From Raillietiella orientalis (lineage: Eukaryota), in assembly GCA_036172245.1 (NCBI GenBank), contig JAYWIR010000001.1, positions 1,550,001 through 1,614,000 on the forward strand: a DNA stretch of 64,000 bases, given 5' to 3'. The notes beneath the pieces were generated by a model, which was not told the origin of the DNA, did not search any database, and saw only the letters and a program-made list of their open reading frames with translations. Of this stretch, positions 24,140 through 35,962 are shown piece by piece. Each line of letters starts with the position of its first letter. The stretch's first letter is position 1. The position numbers and the translations under genes were made by a program.

Positions 24140-25035
24140 GAACAGACGTGGATCCAGGAATTCTGGAAGCTGGGGAACCATCCTTTGAAGCCAGGGAGAC
24201 TCCGGAGGAAGGCGTCCGTTCCTCTCACGCTTGGGAGGGAACCCTTCGCCCTGGTTGTCTCCTCTGAAGAGAACCCCGAGGGAGGCAGCGCGCTTCTTGC
24301 ACTTGGGGGCATCGACCAGCTCCATGATGCAGCTCCATCCTCACAACCGGAGGGGAACCCCGAAGGCGTCCTTGATTCCTGGAAAGATGCCGGAGGGTCA
24401 GCTTCCGATCCCGGCGAGTCGAAGGAGCCATCCGGCTTTCCCCAGCTGCTGCACCCGAAGTCTTGCTGCTCAAATGCACAATTTAACATCGTATTACGGG
24501 GGGAGAGGCTCTCCACGTTCTTCCGGGATTCCTCCTCTGTCCATCTGGGGCGCTCGTACCTCCCCTCAGCCTGTCGCTTCTTCGACTTCCTGTCCTCCGT
24601 CTCGCGAGAGCCGATCACCGGGGTTCACCGGCTGCATCTGGCTGTCGGTCTTCCGTGTGACGTGAGCTGCGTAGATGCCGCTGGAGTACCGGACGCACGA
24701 AGCCACCATCCGGCGTCTCATCTCCTCCGATTGCCTGCCCTCAGGGCAAACTGTTTCCCCTCTCTGCCTAGTTGGAGGGCTGCTTCCTTGTTCTTTTCCT
24801 GTTTGTTCCTCCTAGCTGTGCTGGACGCCTCCTTTCCACCCTCGGACGGGCAGCAGATGGCCAGCACTCTTACCCCTCGATTTCTTTTCTTCAGTACCAG
24901 CCCAACCAGCGTCGTCCTGCGGAAGGGGCGGGGGTGGGGGACGGGAGCGGAAACCCTGCGACGTACCTCCCCCCCCACACTTCCTTCACATGTCGGCGTC
25001 GAGGCTTCCCCAGCTGGGATTCGAACCCGCGACTC
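24140..25035 (-). mobile_element. SINE-like repeat, copy 5 (body at about 24140-24440, head at about 24990-25035, separated by other sequence)
   Basis: The body is the reverse complement of the shared module (ccagctccatg, ccttgattcctggaa). GGGATTCGAACCC lies at 25016-25028. Confidence 0.6.
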
Positions 25036-26591
25036 TTTGAACAAACGCGGAGCCACGAGCTGCGTGCAGCCAACGTGGGCCGCGCGCAGCTCGTCGCACC
25101 GCGGGGGAGAATTGGAGGGCAGCGACGAGCTTCCCGTGTCGAAATCCGGCGGGCAGGGAGACGGGAACCGTAGGACCTGCTTGCCCCTGCACTCGGAGGC
25201 TTTCTGGGGGCAGAATGTGGGCCGGTGGGCAGATGCCATGACTGGAAACTGGGGACGACGCTTTCTCGCCAAAATACTTCCTTTGCTTTCCGACCGGCAC
25301 CACTAATTCTTCATGTCCGTCAGCTCGTCGCAGCGCTGTCCAATAAATGGACGCCGCTGTTTACCAGCGAAGATGGCGCAGAACGGTGGTGGAAGAGGTT
25401 TCCTTCGATCTGTTCATTCCTATAGAGTCGTTCCACGATTTTCTTTTTCCTTTTCCCCCTATCTTTGCGGACCCAGCGTTCCGATCTTCTTGGCTTTTCG
25501 GATCCGCTACGATGCTTGCCCGAATTGGAACAGAGATGCGTTGCCGCGCGGGATCGCATCCAGCTGTCATCCGATCTGGTGCCGATTCGCTGCTCACAGA
25601 AGACGGAGGTGCGTGAAGACACCAAGCAAGCGAGTATGGGGGGGGGGGGTTGCCTGTCGGCAAGAGAAGACGCGTGTCCAACGGGGACTGTGTGATCTTC
25701 GCGCCGGTCGCAGATCTGTGACAAGAAAGAGATGCGGGTCACAACCATTTCGGGTTGCATGGGATGAAGGGTGAATAGCTGCTGGAGAAGCGCGGTCCTT
25801 GGATCCAGGAAATGAACTCAGAGATGCTGCAAAGATATCGCCACGTTAGAGCAGAAACCATTAGAATTAGAATCATTTCACTTTAGTGCTTGCCCGAGTG
25901 GCTTGGGGGGGGGGGGGGGGGGGGGGAAGCTGCTTTTCCCTTGTGGCCAGGAATTCATGCGAGTGATTACGTTACAGAAGGAAAGACAAAAAACACACGA
26001 ATGGGGCATTGCGCAAATTAAATAGCAGCTGGAAATGTCATGAGACCCAATACTGTTCCTCGTTTTTTTTCTGATTCCGTAATCGCGATCAACCAGAGGG
26101 GATCGTCTTTTGGTCAGTTTCACGAAAACGCCATGTGCTACTGCGTACGATCCATCATTTCCGTACCACAGGTTTTGTAATCCTTCCGTACTCGACACGC
26201 TTTTTTCGCATGGCGCCAGCACTGCTTTGGCGAACCTGCGAGCGGATCAATCCAGAAACGTCCGAAAATTGGAGGAACCACGCCGTGGAGCCACACTGCC
26301 CATGCACAGTCGTTCGCCTCGGGGGTTCGCGGGGAAACCTGTGCTAACGTTGACCAGTTGACGGGGTCCCTGAGCGTGTGCCCCCCGGACTGCACGCACG
26401 TTGCGGTCATGCGGCACGCAAGCGTGCACCAGCTCTCGTCACGTCCAAATAACCGACATGTGCTTTGACCGTCAAAATACACAGTGGGATACGATTTCTA
26501 AACTGTTAACAAAGTGTAGCGTGCATCCTCAAGTGGTGCCTCCCTTTTCTTTTCTTTTTTTTTTCTTTCTATGAACTTGAATTCTAAAAAA

Positions 26592-27440
26592 CAAGGGTTC
26601 GGGTCAAACGAGCCATCGAAATCCCGAATGCCGAAATCTCGAGAGATCATGAAAAATCAACATATATGTATATACTTAAGTGAATATATAAACATCGAAT
26701 TGCAAGCATATGTGTTTATGGAACGATCAAAATGCCGTAAACGGAATTTGTCCTTTACTGCGCGCGTTCCGTTTGTTGAGAATCGGAAATGGAGTACCAA
26801 ATTTCTTTCGCGTTTCTTTTCATTTGCTTGCCTTTTTATTTTTCCCCATCACTGCTTTTAATTCTGTGTAATTCGATATTTACAAATTCATTTTATAAAC
26901 GTTAATTAGATATAACATATGTACAATAAACATATGCATTGATTTTTATAATCTTTGATGTGTATATTAATGTATTATTAATTATATTAAAAATACACGT
27001 TGATGAATATTATTTAGTATATACGTTAAAATAAATTTGTATATCAATACATATATAAATATAGATATTTATATATACATAGTAAGCTATATATTTATTT
27101 TTATAACCTTAAGCATCTATATTAATAATATATTAGTGCATGTTGCTAATTATATTAATAGTGGAACATGCATGTTGATAAATATGACTAAACACATATG
27201 TTAAAATAATAGCTATTAATAAATATCTATGTTGAAATAAACTTCTTTATTAATCTATATGTGAATATATGTATCAATAAGCATGTATGGTCATTTTTTG
27301 TAATCTTCACAATGTGTATTTATCTATTTGTTAATCTACATGTAAATATATATGATAAATAAGGAGATTTGTTTTTTTTGCGATCTTTCGAGATTTCGAC
27401 ATTCAGGATTTTGACCACTCGGGATTTCGGCGTTGGCGAC
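26592..27440 (-). mobile_element. AT-rich MITE-like DNA element, copy B
   Basis: It begins caagggttcgggtca...cgaaatcccgaatgccgaaatctcga and ends gatctttcgagatttcg...cgggatttcgg (inverted ATCCCGAA-type repeats). The core is inverted relative to copies A and C. Confidence 0.65.
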
Positions 27441-27449
27441 TTCGTTAGG

Positions 27450-28100
27450 CGCCTCAAAAACAGGATCCGTGGACCAGTTCGATCCACCTTCTCTAAAAGG
27501 AAATTTTCCTGGATGACATCCAACCGGACGGTCGTCTCTCGTGGAAACTAGGGTGATTCGTCACACCTTAATCACCTCGGAACCAGCGTAGGCTCGATTA
27601 TTTTGCAACCCACCAAAAAAGTCTGGGGCAAAGGCGCCTGCGAGCACGCTGGACAGCAGAAGACAGAACTTTCAAACAGGAGAAAGGAATTCTGTCGCTT
27701 CTCTCCCAACTTCCATTCCGCCGCTTCGATTTCAGCTTCAACGTCCGACTCATCTATCCTCCGAGAAATCCTCTTTTCGAGTCGCTCCATGACTTCTTAG
27801 CGTGCGTCCGGTTTTCTCCTGACGAGGCTGCTTCTGAATGGACCTTCAGCTCACGGCAATCGGCTCAGCCCCGTGCACCTTCACTCTCCGAAGAGGTTCC
27901 ATCGACACCGCTGGAGGAACCCGACAAGATCTGCAGTGAAAGCGCACGTCCCCCGCTTAGATGCTGACCTATCGTGGCGACCCCGCTGTCATCAGCAAAT
28001 GGGGGTCGGCTCAGTGCCGATTTCAGAATTCCAACTCGAAAGATTGAGGCTTGCATGCAACAGGCGGACGCTGAGATTTCCCTGCTTCGAAGGCTGGACG
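27450..28100 (-). mobile_element. Decayed L1/Tx1-type LINE fragment (linker and RT start) between MITE copies B and C
   Basis: ERLEKRIS..EAEIEAAEWKL (like L...IT..EI..A), then RLDVIQE..LEKVDR..ILFL (like D.EKAFDRV.W.FL). Confidence 0.4.
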
Positions 28101-28469
28101 GCTGGTGACTGGGAAGCCAGGATTGTACCTCACCCTGTTGCTACTCTTTTCCGCACCCTCTCCTGCAGGCAAAAGAGCGATTCTCGAAGAGAAGGCGCAG
28201 CTCGCTCAGATACGAATGAGGAACAGATAGGGAAGAATGAAAGACGTGAAGCAACGGGAGGAAGCGCACCTCCTTCCACAACGGCGAGGATCGCAGGTCT
28301 CTCTGGTTCGCCTTCAGAAGACGAGGGTCTCCCTCTTCTTCCCTGAGCAAGCTCCTGTTTTGACCGACCAAGCGCCCTCTTTGCCCGAAGAGAGCTGTTT
28401 CTGGGCCGAGCCTCTTCAACGCAACACGAAGCACGGAGCAACAGTGGTTGATGAAGGCGGTGCCCCTCA

Positions 28470-29487
28470 GATATCCCAAACGCTGAAATGCCGAACAATC
28501 CTAAAAAATAAATATACGTGTTCACTGGATACATTGAGATATATTAATCTATATATAGATTAATATATAAATATATTGCAGTTTACTTATTGATTAATAT
28601 TTATTAACATATGTAATGTTAATAAAATCCATAATATGTATTAATATATTATGAATATATATGTTAAAGATTATAAAATAAATATATGTGTTCATTGGAT
28701 ACATTTATATGTATAACAAATACATATTAAATGAATGTAAAAATATCGAGTTATAAAAAGTAAGCAAAATAATGATAATTGAAAATAGTGGAAAAGAATA
28801 AACAAGCAACTGAATTTAAAAAAGCAAAAAAGAAATTGGGCATTTCATGTACATGTCATTTCCAGCATTCAATGAATGAAATTTCCTGAGGAAATGACGA
28901 TTTCCATTCTTCGGGATTTTGATCGTTAGAAGAAAATGTGTTTATAATTCGATATTTATACATTCATTTTATATAAATTTATTATACCTAAAAATATATA
29001 TAATAAACAAATATGTATTTATAATCTTTAATACATAGTGATAATAGATAATAACACATTATTCAAAACATATTAACAAAATATATGCTAATATGAATAA
29101 ATATGTAAGCTAAAATAAATTCATAATATATTATTATTACAGATTATGGACAGTTGCGCGGAGGTAGCCCATAAAAGCTGGCCGACTTTTAAATCCTTTT
29201 TTGTTTCTCTTAATTTTTTTTTTTTTTTTATTTTTCCCAGCATTATGAATTGCCAGCATTATTTTTAATAATTCGCTACCCTACGTATTTCGTTTTCGTA
29301 TCATTTCCAACATCCAGTAAATGGAACCTCCTCGATAAATGATGAACTGCGTTTTCGGGATTTTAATCCTTCGGGATTGTGATCTTCCGGCTTTCAGACG
29401 TTGGGGATTTCGATCTTTCGGGATTTCAGAATTCGGGATTATGTCGTTCGGGAGCGTGTCTTTCGGGGCTATGAACCGAACCCCTTG
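28470..29487 (+). mobile_element. AT-rich MITE-like DNA element, copy C, with sub-terminal tandem TTCGGGATT repeats
   Basis: About 8 imperfect units of roughly 15 bp (TTCGGGATT + spacer) lie at 29350-29470. The terminus tgaaccgaaccccttg is the inverted match of the left end of copy B. Confidence 0.7.
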
Positions 29488-29589
29488 CGAGATTTATAAG
29501 TTAATTAATTTACTAATATGACAGGAATAGATGTGTGAAATTTAGGATTTAATTACGCTTTTGCTGTTGGTAATCATTTTTATATGTGA

Positions 29590-29720
29590 TTTACCGTTGG
29601 TTTGTGTAATGAGATGGCTCCTCGGAGACCATAGCAAACAGATGAAGATCTCAGGCGTCAGGATCACTGACGACAGAATAAGGAGTGTTGTTTACGCTGC
29701 CTGCTTGCTAATGGAATCCC
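29590..29720 (+). mobile_element. Decayed LINE RT catalytic-region fragment
   Basis: ISGVRITDDRIRSVVYAA (29648-29701) resembles L1-clade I.GI.I...IK...YADD with the aspartates lost. Confidence 0.5.
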
Positions 29721-30539
29721 CTCTGAATACCCCTTTCCCTTTCTGAAGCAGGAGGAAAGTAGTCAAGAGGCGGGTGATGCGAAAGTCTGGAATAGGTCAG
29801 GAGATGCAGCGGATCAGGAACGCTCTCGAAAGGGCTCGGAAGGCTACTTGATCAGATCCCGCCTGGAGTCAGGGAAATGCAACTCACCCTCACGAAGCGC
29901 CTCCGGCGGAGTAATGAGTGACCGAAGTGCTCCTGCATCTTTCTCTTTCCTTTCTTTCCGCTTCCCACCTGGTAAGAAGAGCAGAGAAGATTTTGTTCCG
30001 AGCTGCTGGGATTTCCTAATTGGGGATTTTCGTTCCAGGGAAGACCCCGCTCGGTTCCCGTTGGTCCCTTCGCTCTCCCCGCCTACACTCTCTGCCTCCC
30101 GGAGAGTACTCCCGGAAGCTTCCATCGCCACTGTTGACAAAACAACGTACCTTCCGTGGAAACCTTGATTAATTATAGTTGGGTACTGCTGGTATGGTGC
30201 GAAAGCCGATAGCCGACCAATGATTCACAAAGGCCGAAGCGAAATCCTAGGTCTCCTATTCTTGCTATTATGAATAGTATAAATACAATGCACTATTCGT
30301 AATGATTTAAGACCATATCTTCATGCAGTTCTCCTTCCAGTTATAGGCACTCGCTGACATCGTGATAAAATGACTCTTATCGGAAAGGTTCAGCACGATT
30401 ATTCTCCTGTTCGCTAAACTCTATCACAAATATACGCATGCTAATCATACTGAAGCTCCTCTCTACTTCATTCCTTTTCATATTTGTCTTTTGGAAATTA
30501 TAACGATAAATTATGATAACGACTTTCTGTTACCTAAAA

Positions 30540-30676
30540 TCTCAAATTGCAATGAACTGTAAATTCATCAAAAAGAAGGAGGCTGGCGTAAATTCAAAGT
30601 AAAGAATTGCTCAAGAAAATGCAAGATTGCCGAGGCATATTTCACGTGGAAGAAAAAATACGGTGGTCTTTTAGTC
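30540..30676 (+). pseudogene. Decayed bacterial IS3-family OrfA (HTH) transposase-like fragment
   Basis: SQIA....IKKKEAGV / frameshift / KVKNCSRKCKIAEAYFTWKKKYGGLLV parallels IS3-family OrfA EQI..ILK..EAGV.V.E.CRK.GISEAT.Y.WKKKYGGL.V. Confidence 0.55.
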
Positions 30677-31639
30677 TATACAAAAAGTCCACTTTCTGAT
30701 TGTTCTTACGAATGTTGCTTGATAGAAGGAAAGGAAGCATGAATTTGTTAAAAATTAGCTCTAACGAGCAGAAAATTTATGAGGGCAATGAGACCATTAC
30801 ACAGAGTACTTCTTGTATATATTCTTTAATACATACGGTATGCTTCTATTGTATGGATTGTTGCATGCAATTGCAAATTGCTAAAGGGTATCAGTAGAGT
30901 CAATGATTTTTTGTGCAAGGCATATACGGAAATGCTGTTTTCATTTATAGTATGTCTATGCAGTCACACCCATGTATGAAAATTGAAGCTGATTTCTGTG
31001 GCATTCCACTGTAAACCATCAATCCCAAGTACTCTTCATGATAGTACGTTTGCTACTATTAATCATGCCCAAATAATTAGATGCAAGCAGCTATTGCAAC
31101 AGAAATGTACATTCTGGTAATATCTGATCAATCGTTTTGGCTGAGTTTGTTTCAGATGTACTATTATTATTTACATTACCATACTTTTTGCCTCCATTCC
31201 ACTCTAGAATAAGATGAATGCAAAATAAAAGTATCCAGGTTCGCTTCCCCCAAGTTTTCGCTCAGTTACTTGCGACTTTAAAAACCAATAAATTTTTCCA
31301 TTTTCTTCAACCCATTCAATAGAAACGTGATATATCTACGGAATAGATTAATGGAAATAAAATATATATATATATTTCTTTTGTTGGTAAACGGAACGCT
31401 TTTCCATTGCCATCGCATGTATTGATGATTTCCCATTGAATATAGAAAATTTCATCATTATTTATTATTATCATAATTAAGACTGCTTCAGTAAAGCATA
31501 AGATTTGCGATTCTTTGTATTCGGAAACTTTGACAGACCGAAATTGCAAATAATTTTTAATGATGTCAGCATCACTGTGGGTCCACTAAAAGCAAACGTC
31601 ACCCCCAATAGGATCTTCCGTCCCGCTGGTTTGTCAAAA

Positions 31640-32841
31640 ATGTTGGATTCTCTTTTTGTAAGTTTCATAGTATTTTTATGTGCAGTTCATTCGAATTGTA
31701 AGTAAATGTGTGTTTTTAGATTTCCAAGTAATTTTGTCGTGAATTTTCAAAAAATCAACCATTAAAAATTAAGAGTGATGAAATATTCAATGCATTTAAA
31801 GTTGCATGCTGGTATTTGATTAGTTTGTTTTTCAGGTAAATCATGCTTGAACCCCAAGGTAACAGCCAAAACATATGTTACCCCAAATGCAATAATCGTT
31901 GCACAAATTGCATACATTGCAGAAATTAGTGTCCACTGCGAAAATGAAGTGAAGGTATGCTTACTGGTGTGTTCTTGTTGATGTTTTAGAAATTCAGGGA
32001 TCCTATTTATATGGAGAAATAAACAATCAATTGATACCAGCCGTACGCAGTGTGAATGGTGATAAATATCAGCTAACGTGGATCAAGGAAGTTCAAGATG
32101 CTAAAAGAGATGTGCAAATAAAGTTGTATGACGAAGAGGGATACGCAGCATACAAAAAAGTATGTATATATAATTACATAAAAGTAATTGAAGACGTGCA
32201 TTATTATACTGTGGTTATTACGTTTATAATTTAGCCTTAAAAATGGTGTTATTTTGAGTTTAAATGCCATTCCAGAGAGATCTTAAGAGTTTTTGTTCTT
32301 CTATAATTTGGAATAACTTTTCCTGTATCTATGATTCAGTTTGAAAATTTCTATGTCGACTCTGGAAAAAAAAAAAGGATAGAAAATTGTTTCAGTTGCT
32401 GATGCTCTTTACTGGATTTTTTCATTATTGTTGTTTCTCATAGTGAAAGAACTCCAAAGATAATTTTACATTTTCATACTAGCTATTTTTGTGCATGTGT
32501 TTGAGAATTAACTCTCTCTGGTAAAGTGAAAGATTTGGAGGAGATAAAAATTGATTTATGTACTGCATTGTGTACATTGTAGTTCTTCCTTGTTATATCT
32601 GGACAAATCAATGTGTTATACTTTCAGTTTCAAAGATCAGGCAACACAGGACAGGTGTCTCCAGTTCATGTCATCACCATCACCAATCCTGTGAGTCTCA
32701 TGAGTTAATTGCAAGTACCAAACGAATTTATTTCAGTCAATATACAATGGTCCATGGATTAGTTCAGAACTTATAGCACTCATACTGGCATTATTTATAT
32801 GGTACCTGGCATATCGATCTAAGCGCTCCCTGACCTCATAA
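31640..32841 (+). CDS. SSR4: Translocon-associated protein subunit delta (TRAP-delta). Exons 31640-31697, 31836-31954, 31998-32159, 32628-32690, 32737-32841 (168 aa)
   Basis: In-phase GT-AG joins give the signal peptide MLDSLFVSFIVFLCAVHS, then CLNPKVT..Y.T.NA.I....AYIAEISVHC, LYGEIN, KYQLTW, LYDEEGYAAYKK.QR and YNGPWISSELIA + TM, collinear with human SSR4 (CLEPQIT, RYQVSW, FFDEESY..LRKAQR, WNGPWVSTEVLA). Confidence 0.94.
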
Positions 32842-32863
32842 AACTAAAGAAAAATAATAAGCT

Positions 32864-32869
32864 AATAAA
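32864..32869 (+). promoter_or_regulatory. Putative polyadenylation signal of SSR4
   Basis: AATAAA about 22 nt after the TAA stop. Confidence 0.6.
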
Positions 32870-35800
32870 TATGGATGTATTTTCAGTGTCATTCACTAGC
32901 TATGGGAAAATTGATTTCTGAACATCATTTGAATTGCAAGGATTATGGAAATTTTCCATTTTTAATTTTGGATTTCACTTCAGACATGTTACATTTGCCA
33001 GTGTTTTCAAATTTTTAAATGTTGCAAAAATAAGAGTTTCTGTTATCAATCCTTCCAGTACGGGGGAGGAGGGACTTTGCTTCCCTTTTTTTTTTTTTTT
33101 TTTTTCCTTCTTATTCCTCTTTAAAGTTAAAGTTCCTTCATCCTGAGGAGAAAAAAAATTCCATTTTGGAATAATGAAATGTAAAAATAGCCAATTTTCA
33201 TAGGTGCAAGCAACTTTTTTTACATCTAGGTATTTCATCCTAGACTGCACCAGTGAAACCAGAGGTAGTCTTGATTAGAATTATAATTAGTCAATCATGC
33301 CAAGCCTTTTTTTTTGTTCTCTTCAAAATTACTGCCTTATTAGCCTGTATTTTACAGCAAGATGGTAAAGTAAACAGACAGTCACTTTATCTGTTATATT
33401 TCAGTGCCTGATTTTGAATTTTTGGATGCTCATGCATAAAATATTCAAGCTTTGGTGGTTATCAGTTTTTCTCAAAATACTTATCAAAGTATCACAGAGC
33501 TCAATGGACATCACCGAAGTTTTTTTTTTTTTTTGGGGTATGCAAATACTTTTTGTTGATTCTATCTGTGTACGTAGTCTTTGATATGATCTAATGCCCT
33601 TCAGAAGGAAATTCCAAGCAAACGGATGGCTGTTTCATCTTTTTGTGGACAGTTTCTAAAGCCCCCAAACCTTTATCTGATAAGATTTGAACATGTATTC
33701 GAATGGAATCGAAAATACCGAACAACCATGTTGCATTTTTGTAATTCTACACGTTTTCCCTATCGAGTTGAATAACTGCGGGCTGCACTATTATCATCAT
33801 TTGCATTCAAAAAAATCTGTGAAGAGGACTCCAGGCTCATGATTTAACGTGGCGGAGACGTCAGCACGAACAAACCGGACATTAGTAAAGAAGTTATGTA
33901 TGATGCAAGGTTAATGTAACAGTACTACCTAAGTTAAATTACCACCGATCGATCGATACGGCACCCAGAAGTGCCTGCACTGAACCGGCAGGTGAAAATG
34001 TGCTCTTGTTAAGCAGCAGGAGAGCAAATTCTCTTCACCAAGATTGTAGAAACAGCATGAATGTTGCACCCACTCACAGTACACAATTTGGAAAATTGCA
34101 AGCAAACGTTAACTACTCACTTCTGGAAATAAAAATGCTCTGCTGCAGTTTCATTGTGAGCCTGTCTCTCGCATTTTTTCAAAGACGGACTGCTTGTTTC
34201 GCAATATATTTCGTTTTCGAGTATTCCGTATTTATTAGAAAACCGATCCCGGCGACCGGGGTAGGTGGCACGGGCATGATTTACAGGGTTTTGCGTTTTC
34301 GTACAGTACATTCCTCCGTGAAGCTCCAACACCCAGCCCACGTGCTATTGGTTCCGTCGAAATCCCGTCACTCAATGTTCCCATTAGTTTTCTGGTCATT
34401 CTGATGTAATTTCCACCAGTTTGCAAACGTGCCGTGGGATGTTTACACTCTTAATGTTCTGAAGATACGATGCGAAAAGCAATTTCGTAGATCGGCACTA
34501 TTTTTTTTTTTCTCTCTCTCTCGCCTCTCTCGCCATCTCACTTTCGAGCCATGTAAATATGTACACAATTTAAATAAGCCGATATCTTCGGATCCTCAAG
34601 TATTTGAAACGGTCCTGACATCAAAACCAGGAGCTCTGGAAGCAAACGCTTGTCAAAGGTTGTACGTATGAGCCATGTCAACTCTTTGAGCTTGGCTTTC
34701 AGGCACGAAATCCATTCCTAGGCATTACTGGTAGTAAGTCATCTGCACGTTTAATTGAGAGTTGGAGGCAGTCTGTGTAGACACAAAGGGTTTTTCTGGG
34801 ATGAAATTCTTTGATATGTTGTAAAAAACCATGCAAACACCGAAGGACTGCTACGTTCGCCTTCATTGACAATAACCAGTAAATGTAATTTAACGACTGA
34901 TTTGTTCCTTTTTGGTGTTTGCATATCGTTGATTTGATTAGTTAAGAGTAATTAATTTTCTTAATAAAGGGTAATTAAAAATTTTAATCAAGATGCAGTA
35001 TGAAAAGGAATATTAGTGAGCTACAGTATTTAAAATTTGGATGTATGTATGTAATTTTATGCTGAAATAGGATTTAATTGTAAATTTGTTTGAGAAAGGT
35101 AAACTGAATGTAATAATCATTGAATACAAATCGCCCGTCGCTCTGATAGAAGATTAGATAAGTCGTAACATAGTGGATGTACCGGAAGGTGTATCTAGGC
35201 AAGGGGATAATTTACTAATATAAGTAAAGATGGATTTGATGCTGATAATTATTTGAATTGAATTCGCAATCCTTTACGAAGGCATTCCTAAAATCGTCTC
35301 GAGCAGAATGAAGATGATTAGAAACACTTTGCGTGCACAGCACGAACATGCCAGGTCGCGCTGAAATCTGGTTTATGTTGGGTATCTAATCCTTTCGAAA
35401 TAATAAACATGAAACGAACTGCCATTTTTCTCAGCTTTTAAAGTGCAAACTCAAACTAAGATGTCTTCGTTTCCAACTCCCGTTGAAACTCCACCTGCGT
35501 TAACCAATCGATTCAAAACGGTTGTACGGTGATGAGAAATTCTTGAACTTAATGTGCTTCATCGGTCTTTAATCCCTTTAATGTGTTTAATGAGCACGTC
35601 CGACTATATGTACTTCTAATTCGTTTTAACCCAAACGAGAAAATCCAAAGCAGTTACCCCGCATCTTCATGATTATACACAGCAGTGGCTGTGGTTATGA
35701 GAATAAATATGCTAATGAAATACCAACAAATTATTCATATTTGAAATAAGGCAAATTCTTGGAAGTATACCTTTCGAGGCTTGAAAGAGGGACGAGGGTT

Positions 35801-35938
35801 CCCTCTGGCATCGGTCATGCAATATTAAAAATGTATCCAATTACTTTCCATGTATAATCCAAGCATTGGCGTGACTTGCTTGAAAGGCGAAAGCATTTCA
35901 ATTTATAAGACTCGTTGGCACCCTCTTGAAAGTAGCGT

Positions 35939-35962
35939 TGTGTGTGTGTGTGTGTGTGTGTG
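35939..35962. repeat. (TG)n microsatellite
   Basis: Directly visible. Confidence 0.95.

Noticed and set aside
23359-25306. 419-aa (-) and 373-aa (+) ORFs
   Set aside because: They read through a SINE-like copy and decayed retroelement DNA and are not credible genes.
29350-29470. Regularly spaced TTCGGGATT repeats as a CRISPR array
   Set aside because: The units are about 15 bp with spacers of about 6 bp, in a eukaryotic context with no cas genes. They are transposon sub-terminal repeats.
31316-31668. Divergent gene sharing the SSR4 promoter
   Set aside because: The minus-strand ORFs have no recognisable protein or consistent exon chain.
35160-35260. Short coding-looking AT-rich frame (IVDVPEGVSRQGDNFTNISKDGFDADNYLN)
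   Set aside because: No recognisable family, start or splice context.
35400-35600. Minus-strand ISHHRTTVLNRLVNAG resembling a Tc1/mariner HTH
   Set aside because: The match is short, with no WVPHEL or DEKW motif and no TIRs seen.
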